Positions 1-13,663 of a stretch of DNA of 64,000 nt are shown one piece after another. The notes under the pieces were generated by a model. The model did no database searches. It saw only the letters and a program-made list of their open reading frames with translations, and had not been told where the DNA came from. The translations under genes and the position numbers were made by a program. Source of the DNA: Octopus vulgaris (Eukaryota); NCBI GenBank assembly GCA_951406725.2, contig OX597832.1, forward strand, positions 48,856,001-48,920,000, given 5' to 3'. Each line of letters begins with the position of its first letter. Position 1 is the stretch's first letter.

Positions 1-318
1 CTAGAATCGTGTGTTGAAACTAAAGCAATTGCATGCTAGAAAAGCCGTTTTAGCAATTTCTGAAGAGCATAAATATTGTTATGTTCAAATTTCTTAAGGA
101 GTCAATATTTTCGTTGCATTTCTGCGTCCTAGTCGCCGATATAATTCTAAGCATATGTTGAAAATCAGTTATTGGTACATTTTGAAATGCCTCTGAACAT
201 GTCTTTTAGAGGATTTTTCTTCTCGCTTTTTGTTTCCTTTTCATTGAACTAATTATTTACTCATCAGAAATATTAAATTTCTAAATATCTCATAGAGATA
301 TGTACGGTGGTGGAGCGA

Positions 319-507
319 TAGAGTGGTTGTATACTGTCAACTTAACGTGACAGTCCTGTAAGGGAATTACACCACCACTGTTTAGCCCTAGGAAGCATCA
401 ACGCTTCTTGTCGGCCTTGACACGTTGATGCTTCCTAGGGCTAAACAGCGGTGGTGTAATTCCCTTACAGGACTGTCACGTTAAGTTGACAGTATACAAC
501 CACTCTA
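319..507. repeat. Near-perfect fold-back (85-bp arms, 19-nt loop)
   Basis: Arm 319-403 (tagagtggttgtatac...ggaagcatcaacg) is the reverse complement of 423-507 with one mismatch (accaccactg vs accaccgctg); loop 404-422. Confidence 0.95.
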
Positions 508-639
508 ATTATTTACTGATTTTCCATTCAATGAAATTAAATAGATGTTAGTTACCATGCTGCGTGCAGAAAGCCATGAAGGTTTTCACACCTTATGAAA
601 TATTTCTTTCGTATTTGGACACAAATCCAGCAATGCAGA

Positions 640-820
640 AGGGAGTGGGAAGTTTGGTTACATCGATCTCAGTAGATGATTGATTCTTCATTTACCGACC
701 CGAAAAGAATGAAAAGCAAAGTTTATCTCGGCGGAATTTGAACTCAGAATATAAAGACCCAGCATAATTACTGCCAAGCATTTTGTCCGACGTGCTAACG
801 ATTCCACCAATTCACCTCCT
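640..820 (-). mobile_element. Decayed SINE family B (tRNA head + Nin-domain-like core)
   Basis: accgacccgaaaagaatgaaaagcaaagtttatctcggcggaatttgaactc matches the reverse complement of the family B core seen intact at 19073 and 43989. Confidence 0.8.
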
Positions 821-2384
821 GTCACCACAAGGAACAGTGAATATAACAATGCTCATAAAAATCTAAGTTTACTCAGAATTGAGCGGATTTTAAAATCATT
901 AACAGATTAAACTATAACATACAGTGGATAAGTGGGTAGGCTGAAATATTATATATAGAGGATATGCGGGTATACTTCAATTTCTTGCAAACAAAATATG
1001 TGAATATAGAATATAGCTATAATATAATACATAAACAAGTGTATCGTATTCGCATATAGACTGTTGATGAACAATAATAAAGTTACTCTAAGTTGAAAAT
1101 AAAATAAATTTAGACATAGTAAAATCATATTTCGAAGTGAAAAAGAAAACCTTATATTTTCCACCAAATGTATGAAACTACGGTTCTACAGGGAAATTGA
1201 GAATGTTAAAAAAATAACCATATCTATTAAGATATAGAATTTAAAAATTATTCTATATCTTGGAGTAGATTACATATGGTTTAATGCTTGTAGCAATTCA
1301 GACGGAACAAATAGAATTTAAATGCAACATATAAACCTCGCGAACAGAAGGTTTTAAATTATTTAAATTGTCACACACTATCCGTATGCCGTATACATTG
1401 GATGAAATGGATACGGCTATGTCTGTAATGAAAATATTTGAAGTTCTTTGATAACCATACTGAACGCTATTTCATGTTTCTAGTTTCAATTTTTTAAAAT
1501 TTAAAAGAGAAAAAAGCTAAATCATTAGAAACAAAATATGGCTTCGTAAACCTTTATGCTTGTAATTCGAGTGGAGGCGTTTATATTCCCCTCTGTCTGA
1601 CTCTTTTGAAATGGTTGTTGTGTAGGCTTTGATAATTCTTGCATAATTCTCTACAAATTTATTTGATATGCGCTATTTCGAATATAAATGATGAAGTTAT
1701 ATCAACGTTAAGGAGAATTTTTTTTTAATTTCGCAAACGCTGAATGTAAATATATAAAACTCCGAAATTACAGATGGCAAAGCTTTGAATAAAAATATAT
1801 AAAACGAGCAAAGAGGATGATTAGTAAAAGCGAATATAAAACCGAAAATTGGTGATGAAATCTAACAGAACTATTGGCGTATATCTAATGTGAAAAGTGT
1901 GGAAAAGAAAGTGACGATGTAATGGTGTTCATCTATTTATTTCATTCACAACATCCAATACATTAATCATAGATGCTATATTCAGAATTGAACTTTGGAT
2001 CAATAGGTGGGGGTGGTGTGTGATTGGGTGGGTGGGTACTTATCGGAATTCTCAACCACATTGCTGTCCCTAAGTAAAAACAGAGACGAGGACAAGATTA
2101 CTGACGTTGATTAGGGGACAGGAAAAAGTACCTTCGTTTAAGATTATGTCACCGGGAGCGAATAGGTCTAACAGAAAATGGATCAGATGATGCTGATCTC
2201 ATACGCTGAGATCGATTGTCCAATGTAGTTGGTAGTGGTGGTGGTGGTGGTATTAAAAGATCGAAGAGATAGGTGATTGGTTGATCTGATTTAGGAAATT
2301 GGACGATCAAATGTTACTGAGATATACAATCCGCTAATGGATTCTGAATAGATAATCTAATATTATAAAATTCAATGATCGTAT

Positions 2385-2403
2385 CATCGTCATCCTACGT
2401 CTT

Positions 2404-2451
<48 letters not shown>

Positions 2452-2721
2452 GTCCTCGTCGTCGTCGTCGTCGTCATCATCATCATCATCGTCATCATCA
2501 TCATCATCATCATCGTCGTCATCATCGTCGTCATCATCATCATCCTCATCATCATCGTCATCGTCATCGTCATCGTCATCATCATCATCGTCGTCGTCGT
2601 CGTCATCATCGTCGTGGTCGTTGCCGTCGTCATCATCATCATCGTCATCATCATCATCATCATCATCATTGTCATCGTCGTTGTCATCATCATCATCATC
2701 ATCATCATCGTCATCATCATC
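2385..2721. repeat. (CAT/CGT)n microsatellite
   Basis: Read directly; explains the poly-Ser/Met/Ile ORFs. Confidence 0.98.
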
Positions 2722-2799
2722 GCCTATAGCATTATTTCATCTGCTGTGTTTTCTCGATCAAATCTCTTATGTTCGTATTTAGTGCACATGTCGATGCAT

Positions 2800-3009
2800 A
2801 CATGTGTGTGTGTTTGTGTGTGTGTTGTGCACGTGCGGGTGTGTACGTATGTATTATGTATGCACACGTATGAAGGTACATATATATATATGTGTGTGTG
2901 CATGTGAATATATGATATATATATACATATATACATGTATATGTATATGTAAATATATATATATATATACATATATGTATGTATATGATGTGTGTGTGTG
3001 TTTTTTTTT

Positions 3010-3047
<38 letters not shown>

Positions 3048-3080
3048 CATATATGTATGTATATGAATGTGTGTGTGTGT

Positions 3081-3112
<32 letters not shown>

Positions 3113-3167
3113 TATATAATATATATATATATACACATATATATGTATACATATATATATGTATATG

Positions 3168-3238
<71 letters not shown>

Positions 3239-3250
3239 CATATACAGCTA
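2800..3250. repeat. Compound (TA)n/(TG)n microsatellite
   Basis: Read directly; dozens of similar tracts occur through the window. Confidence 0.97.
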
Positions 3251-3886
3251 TACACACAGCTATATTTGCATCTAAATGCCTGCGTACGTATGTGTAAAAA
3301 CGTGTACATGCAAGAAAGGAAAAAGGAAATTAGCATGTCGCAGATGGCCTCCATGAACACTTGATATCCGATCCTAAAATCCTGACTCTTATGATAAACA
3401 TCACCACATTGCCTTCATCATTTTATCGCCCTTACGACTTCAGAACTTTTAACAGTAATCATTTATATTGCATCTTATCTTCATGCCAACAATATATTTC
3501 TTCTGCTTAGCAGACCCTTCTTTAAAACGGTTTTTGTGTTTTAATAGTTTTCCAGAGACAAAAATATTACATAAACACGAAACGTGTCCACGCCTTCCAT
3601 AACTGTCTTTCAAAGGTTCTTCTTTTTCATTACTTCATATCTTCTATCTGTGTATTTGTATCTCTTATTTTCTTTTCCAGTTATATTTTTCTTTCCCTTG
3701 TTTTCTTTTGTGTTTTTTTTTTTGTTTGTTGCTCATTCGATTCTTTAGCTTCATTTCTTTCCATTACAATTATTTTGTTTTTTGATTTACTCAGGTTTAT
3801 AATTCTGTATTCTCAACCAGGTACATATGTATCCTTGTGTCATTTTTCAATCTCTCGGTCTTTCTTTAATTTTCCATATGTGTATA

Positions 3887-4283
3887 GGTGCAGGAGTGGC
3901 TGCGTGGTAAGTAGCTTGATTACCAACCACATGGTTCTAGGTTCAGTCCCACTGCGTGACGCCTTGGGCAAGTGTCTTCTATTATAGCTTCGGGCTGATC
4001 AAAGTCTTGTGAGTGGATTTGGTAGACGGAAACTGAAAGAAGCCCGTCGTAAATATATATATGTTTGTGTGTATGTGTTTGTCCCCCCAACATCGCTTGA
4101 CAACAAATGCTGGTTTGTTTACATCCCCGTAACTTAGCGGTTCGGCGAAAGAGACCGATAGAATAAGTACTAGGCTTACAAAGAATAAGTCCTGGGGTCG
4201 ATTTGCTCGACTAAAAGGCGGTGCTCCAACATGGCCGCAGCCAAATGATTGAAACAAGTAAAAGAGTAAAAGAGAAAAGAGTA
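3887..4283 (+). mobile_element. SINE family A, full length (tRNA-like head, CORE-like domain, internal TA/TG tract, (GTAAAAGA)n tail)
   Basis: A-box-like tggctgcgtgg, B-box-like ggttcagtccc, CORE-like ccttgggcaagtgtcttc, tail gtaaaagagtaaaagag; near-identical to copies at 12119, 22746, 29405, 42214, 52193, 57735. Confidence 0.92.
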
Positions 4284-4731
4284 TGGATATGTAGGTGTGT
4301 ACACACACACACAGACACACATTCATATAAATATATATTCTTGTCTGTCTCCTCTCCTATCTTTTCTCCTGTCAAAGAATATTCCTGAGCGTTCGCCACC
4401 ACCTTACTCCGTCTGGCTTAGAAGCCCTCACTATTTGTTTCACTGTCCTGTTTTTGTTACTAACATTAACTCTCCGCAAAATCCCAAATTTTATTTTCGT
4501 TTGCAGGAGCAACTGTTTTCTGGAATGCACATACTATCGTGAACGGCTCGAAATTTGGAGCGGATAAACAGGCGAGAACTGATGAAGGGTCGTTCTTTAT
4601 GTTACTTCTCTTCTTTTCCATTTGTTTCTCTCGTTGTTCCCCCCCAAAAATGTATTTCATGTTGTTTTCGTATTTCGCATTTCATGTTCCTTACGTTTTG
4701 TGATTCCCTGTACCCATATATGCATATATAT

Positions 4732-4925
4732 AACGGGAAGGTTTACCAAAATAAACAAAAGACGAAGGCAGGTGGAGTACAAACAAACAAATGTATTAGT
4801 ATGGCGCTCAGGAATAGAAATAGAACAAGTATTTTACGTTTCGAGCCTACGCTCTTCGACAGAAAGATATACAGAAAAAAACAAGGAGAGAAAAATGCGT
4901 GTAGGAGCTAACGATCTATCATGGC

Positions 4926-4926
<1 letters not shown>
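4732..4926 (-). mobile_element. ~200-bp hammerhead-bearing ORF-less element (family P1, Penelope pLTR-like)
   Basis: Homologous to 38348-38550, 61058-61300, 61637-61819; flanked by (TA)n; contains hammerhead motif. Confidence 0.8.
4832..4865 (-). ncRNA. Minimal type I hammerhead motif, variant core CUGUCGAA
   Basis: Minus strand: ttt CTGTCGAA gagc-gtag-gctc GAAA cg TA aaa. Confidence 0.6.
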
Positions 4927-5011
<85 letters not shown>

Positions 5012-5017
5012 ATATAT

Positions 5018-5057
<40 letters not shown>

Positions 5058-5229
5058 ATATATAAGCGTATGTATAAAATATACACGCATTTAGGTAATT
5101 ATCAACGATTGCATGTGAAATTTTAAACGTCTCACATCTAATATATAAATCCTCGGATTTTAATGGCTGATAGGAAATACATGCTTACACAGACACACAG
5201 ACACCCGCGCACAAACACACGCCCATATG

Positions 5230-5263
<34 letters not shown>

Positions 5264-5346
5264 AACCAGATTGATCATAAAAGTGTAAGACAAAAGCAAA
5301 TGGAGGTCCAACGATAGAGCGACGGAAATTGCAATCCCTCTTCTTC

Positions 5347-5394
<48 letters not shown>

Positions 5395-5690
5395 ATATGT
5401 ATGTGTGTGTGTGAGTGCCTGAGCGAGTGTGTGTGTCCGTGCGTATGAATACGCACGCACAAAGACACACACTTACATGTATAAAGCATTTGTACGTTTG
5501 TGTATGTATATATAACGATAAGAACGACAATTGTGTAACGTTTGTTTGTGCTTATATATTTCTGCACATGTCAATTAATTTACTAAGGATGATTTACTGC
5601 TGTATATATTAAACGAGGTTCTCTGTAAACAAAAGGAAATTGACTATTTGTTCTTATACTTCATAGCTTTTTGTCTATAAACAATATGTG

Positions 5691-5722
<32 letters not shown>

Positions 5723-5885
5723 ATGTATGAATGTATATATATATATATATATATATCAGATACCCTATCTCACACACTCATGTGAATGTGTGCATGTGTT
5801 TGTGTGTACGTAGATGTGTGTATATATATATATATATTTATAAATAATATATATACGCATATATATATGTATATGTATATATATA

Positions 5886-5938
<53 letters not shown>

Positions 5939-5949
5939 CGAGAATTTAC

Positions 5950-5994
<45 letters not shown>

Positions 5995-6695
5995 CATGCA
6001 TATATGGGTACAGGATGTCACCAACAGTAACCAACATGAAATACTAAAACAAACGAGATCGATACGGAAACAACGAGAGAAACAAATGGAAAACAGGACA
6101 AGTCGCAGAAAGTCAGTGGTAACAACTTTTAACAGGTTCCGTTGTTACTATACCTCTTCAGTGAAGCATACTCAACATAGTTTGTTGGTACGAAGTAAAT
6201 TCATATAATTAGAGAAATTTGTATTATGGCGTTCAAAACATCCCCCAAATTTGCCTATAGTATGAATGGCTTAGAATTTAATCCGGGTTTTCCATTCTTG
6301 TTCTGGTGATCAGAAATTAGATTAGATTACTAAAAGCAATTGTAACTTTATTAGTATTTATCTCCACTTAAGCGTGAATGTTCTATTAGAATAAATCTTA
6401 CTACAGTTTTACCATGAGTAAAATTCCCATATAGGCTTTTCGGCGCAAAATGCACTCTTATTTATATCGCTATCGGGGAGGTAAATCCCTGGTATCTCTA
6501 GAGCGGAGACCACCAGATCCAGTGATTTCGATATTCTTTGGTCTTGCCAATGATGAAGACTCGATCACTAGAGACAACAGCAATTTATGTCTTTGCTAGC
6601 GGTATACCTGGATAGGTGCTTGTGTTGCGATTTGCGGACAAGGAACCATGTAGTTGGGAAGCAAAATTGTTACCAGTCAGCCACGGCTGTGCATA

Positions 6696-6771
<76 letters not shown>

Positions 6772-6773
<2 letters not shown>

Positions 6774-6962
6774 GTTATTCCAAACATGAACAAAGAGAAA
6801 TCACAACAACGCGAGGACGTGGGACAAGTATAGTGTTATTGGACGCTCAGGAAAGGAAAGAAAGAAAGAGGACTTAACGTTTCGAGCGGAGCTCTTCGTC
6901 AAAAACATAGAAAAAGGAAAGACCTGAGGAAGCGAACACGGAGAAAGGAAATCGCCAACGAT
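6772..6962 (-). mobile_element. P1-related hammerhead-bearing element
   Basis: Motif at 6873-6905 minus: ttt TTGACGAA gagc-tcc-gctc GAAA cg TT aag; homologous to 28515-28640; between (TA)n and (TATG)n. Confidence 0.7.
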
Positions 6963-7420
6963 ATATATATATGTGTATGTATGTATGTATGTATGTATGT
7001 ATGTATGTATGTATGTATGTATGTATGTATGTATGTATGTATGTATGTATGTATGTATGTATGTATGTATGTATTATGTATGTATGTATGTATGTGTGTA
7101 TGTGTGTATGTGTGTATGTATGTATGTATGTATGTTTGTATGTATGTATGTATGTATGTATGTATGTGTGTATGTGTGTATGTATGTACGTATGTATGTA
7201 TGTATGTATGTATGTATGTATGTATGTATGTATGTATGTGTGTGTATGTACGTATGTATGTGTGTATGTGTGTATGTGTGTATGTATGTATGTATGTTTG
7301 TATGTATGTATGTATGTTGTTTGTATGTATGTATGTATGTATGTATGTATGTATGTATGTATGTATGTATGTATGTATGTGTGTGTATGTACGTATGTAT
7401 GTATGTATATGTATGTATGT
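6962..7420. repeat. (TATG)n microsatellite
   Basis: Read directly; complementary (CATA)n tract at about 7715-7893. Confidence 0.97.
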
Positions 7421-8268
7421 ATTGATTATAAATATTTGTATGAAAACAATGACTACACACATTCTATATAGTTAACTGTACGCTTCTTTATTTATGGAGA
7501 TATCGATTACCCTCTGGCGCGGTTTGTATGAAGTATACGCGAAGAAAAGAAATCCTGGACAAATCTTAAAGGAAATAATGAATATGATTATAAACAGACA
7601 TGCAATCCTATCTTCTGTTATAAATACCATTTCAGGACATAAACATATACATGTGTACATACATACAGACAGACAATCAGACATACACACACACACACAA
7701 ACACACACGCAGATGCATACATACATAAATACATACATATATACATATATACATCCATCCATCCATCCATCCATCCATCCATACATACATCCATACATAC
7801 ATACATAAATACATACATACATACATACATACATACATACATACATACATACATACATACATACATACATACATACATACATACATACATACATGAATAT
7901 TTACGTATATACTGCCGCGATAGAGAACTTATGCTCAGAGTGACCTCTCTTTGGTACTTCCTAAGTAGGAGTGCTTAAAGTGCAAGGAATTCTGCATCCG
8001 ACAAAAGGGAACCCGACAAAATGCAGAACTGGGCACAAATGCTGTTTTTACGCCTTTTAATATGAGAGAATTTTCTCAGCACAGTAACAAAAGTGAATTT
8101 GGCTTTAAAAGTTGAAGTATGCCAGAAACCTCACATGCACTTACATACATACATTCTTGTGTGTATATGCATATATATATATATATATATACGGAGAGAG
8201 AATATTTGCAAGAGATTCCGAAGTCATCTGGAGGCCGTGGTTGAAGGCAATGGCGATTTTATTAAATA

Positions 8269-8804
8269 CAGCGTGTCCCAAAAAAATGTATACACTTGCT
8301 GCAACAGTCTGTCATGCTAAGCATTAGAGAGGACTTTGAACAGGAAGAGTTTTATTTCCAGCAAGATGGGGCTCCTCTACACTACCATCGCGATGTTAGA
8401 TCCTTTCTTGATGGGATCTTGCCAAACAGGTGGATTGGACGGAGAGGTTTTGTCGAATACCCTCCACGTTCACCAGACCTCACACCACTAGACTTCTTTT
8501 TATGGGGATACTTAAAGGACAAAGTCTACGTACAGAAACCTGCAACAGTCGTTCAATGGAGGGCAACCATTGAACATGAATGTACGAATATCCCAAGGGA
8601 ATTGTTCCATGATGTGTGCCATTCCATCGCTTCGTGTTGTCAGCAGTGTCTGGAGCAGAACGAACATCAGTTTGAGAACATGCGATAACAAGACAATAGA
8701 ATGATATTTGTAAATTCTTTTACATGTTGAAAATTATTCGAATTATAATAAACCCCAAATTTACAATTATTTAAGGTGTGTATACATTTTTTTGGGACAC
8801 CCTG
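8269..8804 (+). mobile_element. Internally deleted Tc1/mariner DD41D (rosa-type) transposon
   Basis: 27-bp TIRs CAG(C/G)GTGTCCCAAAAAAATGTATACAC at both ends; TA target duplication at 8267-8268 and 8805-8806. Confidence 0.93.
8296..8688 (+). pseudogene. DD41D transposase C-terminal fragment
   Basis: FQQDGAP...WIGR...YPPRSPDLTPLDFFLWGYLKDKVY; 41 residues between the D of QQD and the D of PLD; N-terminal half and first catalytic D missing. Confidence 0.92.
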
Positions 8805-8926
8805 TATATTTACTCTCTAGTATTTCAAAATATATATATGGAATTTTGGTAAATATATCTAAAAAATGAGATGTCAGTGTTGTTTTAATTTTGCGTAATT
8901 TAGAGGACACTTCATTCACCGCATCC

Positions 8927-8986
<60 letters not shown>

Positions 8987-9486
8987 TGTCTGTGTGTGTC
9001 TGTCTGTCTGTGTGTGTGTCTGTGTGTGTGTGTACGGCACACTCACACACACACAAACAAGTATGTATTTTTGTTTATATTTGGTGCACCAATATTTGGA
9101 GGGTTTTTTTACCTGTTCCAAAAGCTGATGTTATGCAATTGTCCGACGCTTCTCCCTTTCGCTCCGTTTAAGCTAATTTCCCTATTTATGTATATATATA
9201 TGTGTATACATGTGTATACTTGTTGGCGTAAGGAAATAAATCTCAATCTGTCCAACACATAGCAAAATGTCAAAGGCCGCATTAGTGCCATGTATACGTA
9301 TTACATACTGATTTGTTGTTTAAGCAAAATATGATTTCTATATACTTCTAAAGTATAGACACGTTTAAATAGCTATTGCTCATATTACTTTGCAAAGCGA
9401 TGGATTTCAATGTAATGATTTGGTATCTTGTACCATTCCAACCGATCAAAAATAGATTTGCAAACATACTACATATTTTTCCTGCG

Positions 9487-9530
9487 TTGCTGACGAGTAT
9501 ACGCTTACACGAAACCCGAGATATCAAACT
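9487..9530 (+). ncRNA. Decayed hammerhead-like motif
   Basis: CTGACGA gtata-cgct-tacac GAAA cccgag; core intact, but stem II has a mismatch and stems I/III are not cleanly formed. Confidence 0.35.
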
Positions 9531-9650
9531 CTGAAAAGAAATGTTTATATCAACACTTTATGTTACAATGTTTTACACATGTATTGCACACATATAGCTT
9601 TCATGTAGAGATTAGATCATTAAGTATGTATGCACAAGTATTTGCATGTA

Positions 9651-9708
<58 letters not shown>

Positions 9709-9709
9709 G

Positions 9710-9770
<61 letters not shown>

Positions 9771-9787
9771 AATATATACACAATATG

Positions 9788-9842
<55 letters not shown>

Positions 9843-9869
9843 ATAAGAGTAAATAATTTCTCCCTTTTT

Positions 9870-9920
<51 letters not shown>

Positions 9921-10362
9921 GAGCATAGAAATGTATGTTGTATATGTGAACACATTTCACACACTATATCATGTTGCTAATAGAAACGGGTCTTAGTAGA
10001 CTGATACTTAACATTGATTTGCAAGGAAATCTCTGGAGTAAAATACCTAAACCACAGCTAAAGATGCTTATCTTGGCGTATTCCGGAAGCAAGTCGGTGA
10101 ATCATTGTGAGTTAAAAAATGAAAAAAAAAAATAGACAATTTCTGCTGATTTTACTCTTGGTGTAGAGGTTTGGGCTTAGCTGTGTCATTAAAAAAATTA
10201 TCTTCAAGAGCGTGGCTCTTGGTTCAATCCCATTGGCAAGCTTTTGACCACTACCTTGCGAGTGGGGAGTGATAGATAAAAACATGTGTGTATGTACACA
10301 CATATTTATACGTATGCTCAAACAGCACATAAACATACGCGCAAACACAAATGAGGTATGAG

Positions 10363-10685
10363 GAGTACTCCGTCGGTTACGACGACGAGGGTCCCAGCTG
10401 ATACGATCAACGGAACAGTCTGTTCGTAAAATTAACGTGCAAGTGACTGAGCAATCCATCCACAGACACGTGTACCCCTAACGTAGTTCTCTGGGAGAGT
10501 CAGCGTGACACAGAGTGTGGCAAGGCCGGCCCTTTGAAATATAGGCACAACTCATTTTTGTCAGCTTAGTGGACTGGTGCAATGTGAAATAAAGTGTTTG
10601 CTCAAGGACACAACGCGTCGCTGGGAATTGAGCTCACGACCATACAATCCTGAGCCGAATGCCCTAACCACTAAGCCACGCGCCT
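10363..10685 (-). mobile_element. SINE family D (tRNA head, V-domain-like core), tail type a
   Basis: Minus: ggcgcgtggcttagtggttagg...ttgtgtccttgagcaaacactttatttcacattgc; tail shared with 29830-30103. Confidence 0.85.
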
Positions 10686-10714
10686 TCACGCACACACAAA
10701 TACAGACGCACAAG

Positions 10715-10776
<62 letters not shown>

Positions 10777-10783
10777 GTGTGTG

Positions 10784-10827
<44 letters not shown>

Positions 10828-10887
10828 TAAATAGATAGATAGATACATACATACATACATATATACATAAATACATACATACATACA

Positions 10888-10937
<50 letters not shown>

Positions 10938-12363
10938 TATATATATACATACATACATACATACATACATACATACATACCTAGGTGAATTCATACATAC
11001 CTATAGACTGACAGATACAAACCTGCATACACGGTTTGCATATTTATACAAAAAGACGTCGATGATGATATAGAAATTCTACACCGTTACTTCTTTCGAC
11101 TTTTCTTCACATGTGATAGGAATTCAGACGTTTCATTTGAAATGATAACCAAAGCAGTGTCATTTAATATTTGGTATATAAAGCAAATATTTTCCAAAGA
11201 AAAGTTCGGCCGTCTTCTTCTTTTTCTACGTGTATTGAATTAACACCATGAACATTCATTATGAAAGAGAACATTCAAAGAGATTTACTATTGAGATTTA
11301 GTTAACTCTGGCTTTCTTCAAAGTATTTTTTAAATATTTTTAAAAAGAAATTCTGTAGACATCATTGCAAAAGATTATTTATCTAACTTCATATAAAGCA
11401 AGAACGGTATATTTATCCGTCAGCAATTCTAATCGATTTTAATATGAAGAACATAAAGCATAAAACGTTTCCCAAATTTTTACATTGGTCATATAGATAT
11501 ACATGTAGTTAGAAATTAAAACTCAATGGATCTTGCGAATATATGTCGAGCAACGAGAAACTGTACGGATTCTACTTTCACTTTCTCTGATTACGCTATC
11601 TCGTTCTATCTGGCAAATAATAAATATTGATGGGTAAATAACAATTATGATTTCTGACATCTCATAATTATAATCGATAATTTCAATTAGTTTGGAAGCG
11701 TTTGTACTTGAGCAATGCAGTGAATTATATTATTCGGATCGGTGAGGATTATCTCACATAAAAGAAAACCTTAATAATTACGGATAACAAACGCTCACTG
11801 ATATGTTTCAATGTGGGCTTGTTATCACCTGCATAATTATATATTTCGCTTCGATACAAGCTGTTTGGTTGCTCTCCATTAGCTAGAGAAATGACACGAG
11901 TTTTAATTATTAAGCAGTGAGCGATTATTAGCATCCCTTTTAATTTTACTGTTGTTCCCGAACAGAGGACCTGTCTCCCATTTTTCGGCTATTCTACTAA
12001 TTGAAACAATGTATTTACTTTATACTATCCTTGATAAATTGTCCTGATGTAATAAAATTACACGGAAGCACAAATTCAAAGAAACGAACACGTAATATAT
12101 ATAGGTGTGTATATGAGTATACTCTTTTACTCTTTTACTTGTTTCTGTCATTTGACCGCGGCCATGCTGGAGCACCGCCTTTAGTCAAGCAAATTGACCC
12201 CAGGATTTATTCTTTGTAAGCCTAGTACTTATTCTATCATTCTCTCTTTTGCCGAACCACTAAGTTACGGGGACGTAAATACACCACCATCGGTTGTCAA
12301 GCGATGTTGGGGGGACAAACACAGATGCACGAACATACACACACACACGCACACACACACGCG

Positions 12364-12470
<107 letters not shown>

Positions 12471-12636
12471 AGCGATCAGCCATCTGAATGCGGCTAGGGA
12501 CAGGGCGGGGTGGTGGGGGTGTTACTGATGCATTTAGCCCCAGGCGACTATCGACGTCACCAGAAGAGCCGACACCATCACGGTGTCCTTGCTAGCCTGT
12601 AAAGGAGATCAGCCTCCCCGAAGATACGGATGCTAC

Positions 12637-12677
12637 ACACGGACCGGTTTCGAGGTATTTGCCTCTTGTCAGCGCAT
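12637..12677 (-). ncRNA. Mirror copy of the P2 hammerhead motif
   Basis: Exact reverse complement of 12695-12735. Confidence 0.7.
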
Positions 12678-12694
12678 GGCAGCGCATGGCAGCC

Positions 12695-12735
12695 ATGCGC
12701 TGACAAGAGGCAAATACCTCGAAACCGGTCCGTGT
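12695..12735 (+). ncRNA. Minimal type I hammerhead motif (C3/A8 variant)
   Basis: atgcg CTGACAA gagg-caaata-cctc GAAA ccgg TC cgtgt; GUC triplet, palindromic stem III. Confidence 0.7.
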
Positions 12736-12954
12736 GTAGCATCCGTATCTTCGGTGAGGCTGATCTCCCTTTGCAGGCTAGCAAGGACACCGTGATGGTG
12801 TCGGCTCTTCTGGTGACGTCGATAGTCGCCTGGGGCTAAATGCATCAGTAACACCCCCACCACCCCGCCCTGTCCCTAGCCACATTCAGATGGCTGATCC
12901 AGCTTATATTATAGAGCAGTTACTGTATATACCTCGCTCAGAGATTTATTATTG

Positions 12955-13001
<47 letters not shown>

Positions 13002-13454
13002 TACGACAGGCTTCTTTCAGTTTCTGTCTGCTAAATACACTCACAAGGCTTTGGTCTGCCCGGGGCTATAGTAGAAGACACTTGCTCAATGTGCCACGCA
13101 GTGGGAATGAACCCAGAACCATGTGGTTGGTAAGCAAGCTATTTACCACACAGCCACTCCTGCGCCTATCGCTTATGATAACTCTACCATTTATACTGCA
13201 CAAATACAGCAGTGGTAACTAAAACACATATTTACATCTTATGTATTCCATATTCTAAAGTGTGAATAGACGTAACTATTAGCTAAATCAAATATGAATA
13301 TTATAAAAGAAAATGACAGCTTGTATCTGCTATAAGACGATATCAGTTTCCAGTAGGAAACAAGAAAAGAGTCATTTTGGACAGGGTAATTAGAAGCTAC
13401 ACGTAAAATAACATATCAGACAATTTGCAAAGATAAATAAAATATCTTCATATA

Positions 13455-13663
13455 CAGTTGCGGCCAAAATGTTCAGAACGGCATTGTTTTCGTAAGAAAA
13501 GTAGGTATAAGTTTTTATCAAAGTTGTTTTATATTCTATAATTTTCACAGACAATAAATACGATATTAATTGTTATTGTCTGAGATTTTGGTGTAATTTG
13601 AGAGGATAATACAAAATATATGAATGATTTAGTGATTTACTGCAAAACCCAATACCGCAACTG
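13455..13663. mobile_element. Tc1-like MITE
   Basis: TA-CAGTTGCGG ... CCGCAACTG-TA; 9-bp terminal inverted repeat with TA flanks. Confidence 0.55.

Larger units (their letters stand above)
8194..8928 (+). mobile_element. 3' remnant of a DD37D/maT-like mariner, interrupted by a second element
   Basis: ENICKRFRSHLEAVVEGNGDFIK resembles the DD37D transposase C-terminus; sequence resumes after 8806 and ends in a TIR-like attcaccgcatcct. Confidence 0.6.

Noticed and set aside
2334-3364. Long ORFs rich in S/M/I/Y/V/C (and similar ORFs throughout the window)
   Set aside because: Translations of (CAT)n, (TA)n, (TG)n and (TATG)n microsatellites that lack stops.
6110-6170. Minus-strand CTGAAGA followed by a hairpin
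   Set aside because: No GAAA or cleavage triplet after the stem; at best a truncated relic.
12578-12863. Similar peptides on both strands (MSLLACKG..., LTRGKYLET)
   Set aside because: Consequence of the inverted repeat; the conserved stretch is the hammerhead RNA motif, not protein.
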